From Cyanobacteria bacterium P01_D01_bin.156 (GTDB taxonomy: Bacteria > Cyanobacteriota > Cyanobacteriia > Phormidesmidales > Phormidesmidaceae): a DNA stretch of 40,036 nt. The notes beneath the pieces are model-generated. The model was not told the origin of the DNA and searched no databases. It worked only from the letters and a program-made list of their open reading frames with translations. Position 1 is the stretch's first letter. Every line of letters starts with the position of its first letter. Below are positions 39,921 through 40,036 of the stretch, piece by piece. A program made the translations under genes and the position numbers. Where the stretch lies: positions 1 through 40,036 of the forward strand of contig JBCCQQ010000059.1 in the NCBI GenBank assembly GCA_039024555.1, read 5' to 3'.

Positions 39921-40036
39921 AGCGTATCTAGGACAGCTTCTATAGCTCTTAGCCCTCGTAAATGATACTCAATTTTGTTTCGGTCGAGTCTCATCAACGC
40001 CTGAACGTGTTTGTGGCAACGGTGCCAAAAAGGAAC
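39897..40036 (-). mobile_element. End of a probable IS4-family element (transposase C-terminus 39917->40036 and terminal repeat)
   Basis: Minus-strand frame ...VPFWHRCHKHVQALMRLDRNKIEYHLRGLRAIEAVLDTL* resembles cyanobacterial IS4 transposase C-termini as I recall them; followed by ...gtgtctccctttcag, similar to their terminal inverted repeat. Confidence 0.55.

Overview
Cyanobacterial DNA (recurrent HIP1 octamer GCGATCGC) dominated by an apparently complete, uninterrupted group I Mo-nitrogenase (nif) cluster of about 35 kb (about 4990-39850), of the kind seen in non-heterocystous cyanobacteria. The main minus-strand arm reads nifB-fdxN-nifSUHDK-nifZ-orf-nifEN(fused)-nifX-orf-orf-nifW-hesA-orf-hesB-fdxH-feoA-flavodoxin-methyltransferase-cysK-orf-modA-modBC-cupin. 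It is divergent, across a 1.4-kb control region full of TGAGT motifs, from nifP(cysE)-orf-dps-small ORF-nifV-nifT-[2Fe-2S] protein-small ORF. To the right are a 4-gene minus-strand operon with an ArsC-like nitrogenase-associated protein, the activator cnfR (patB), and a gapN-nafY unit preceded by an NtcA box. The left flank is a decayed type I RM locus (intact hsdR, truncated hsdS) with DUF2283, Uma2 and VapBC genes inserted. The right flank is a probably frameshifted ORF abutting the end of a probable IS4-family element. The most interesting observations are a sulfur/Mo accessory module at the distal end of the nif arm, GapN and NafY in a cyanobacterial nif cluster, a flavodoxin with His in place of the FMN-stacking Tyr, a terminator-like hairpin in the nifB leader with a series of intergenic hairpins, and unannotated small ORFs. 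All calls come from motif recognition by eye; no database searches were run.
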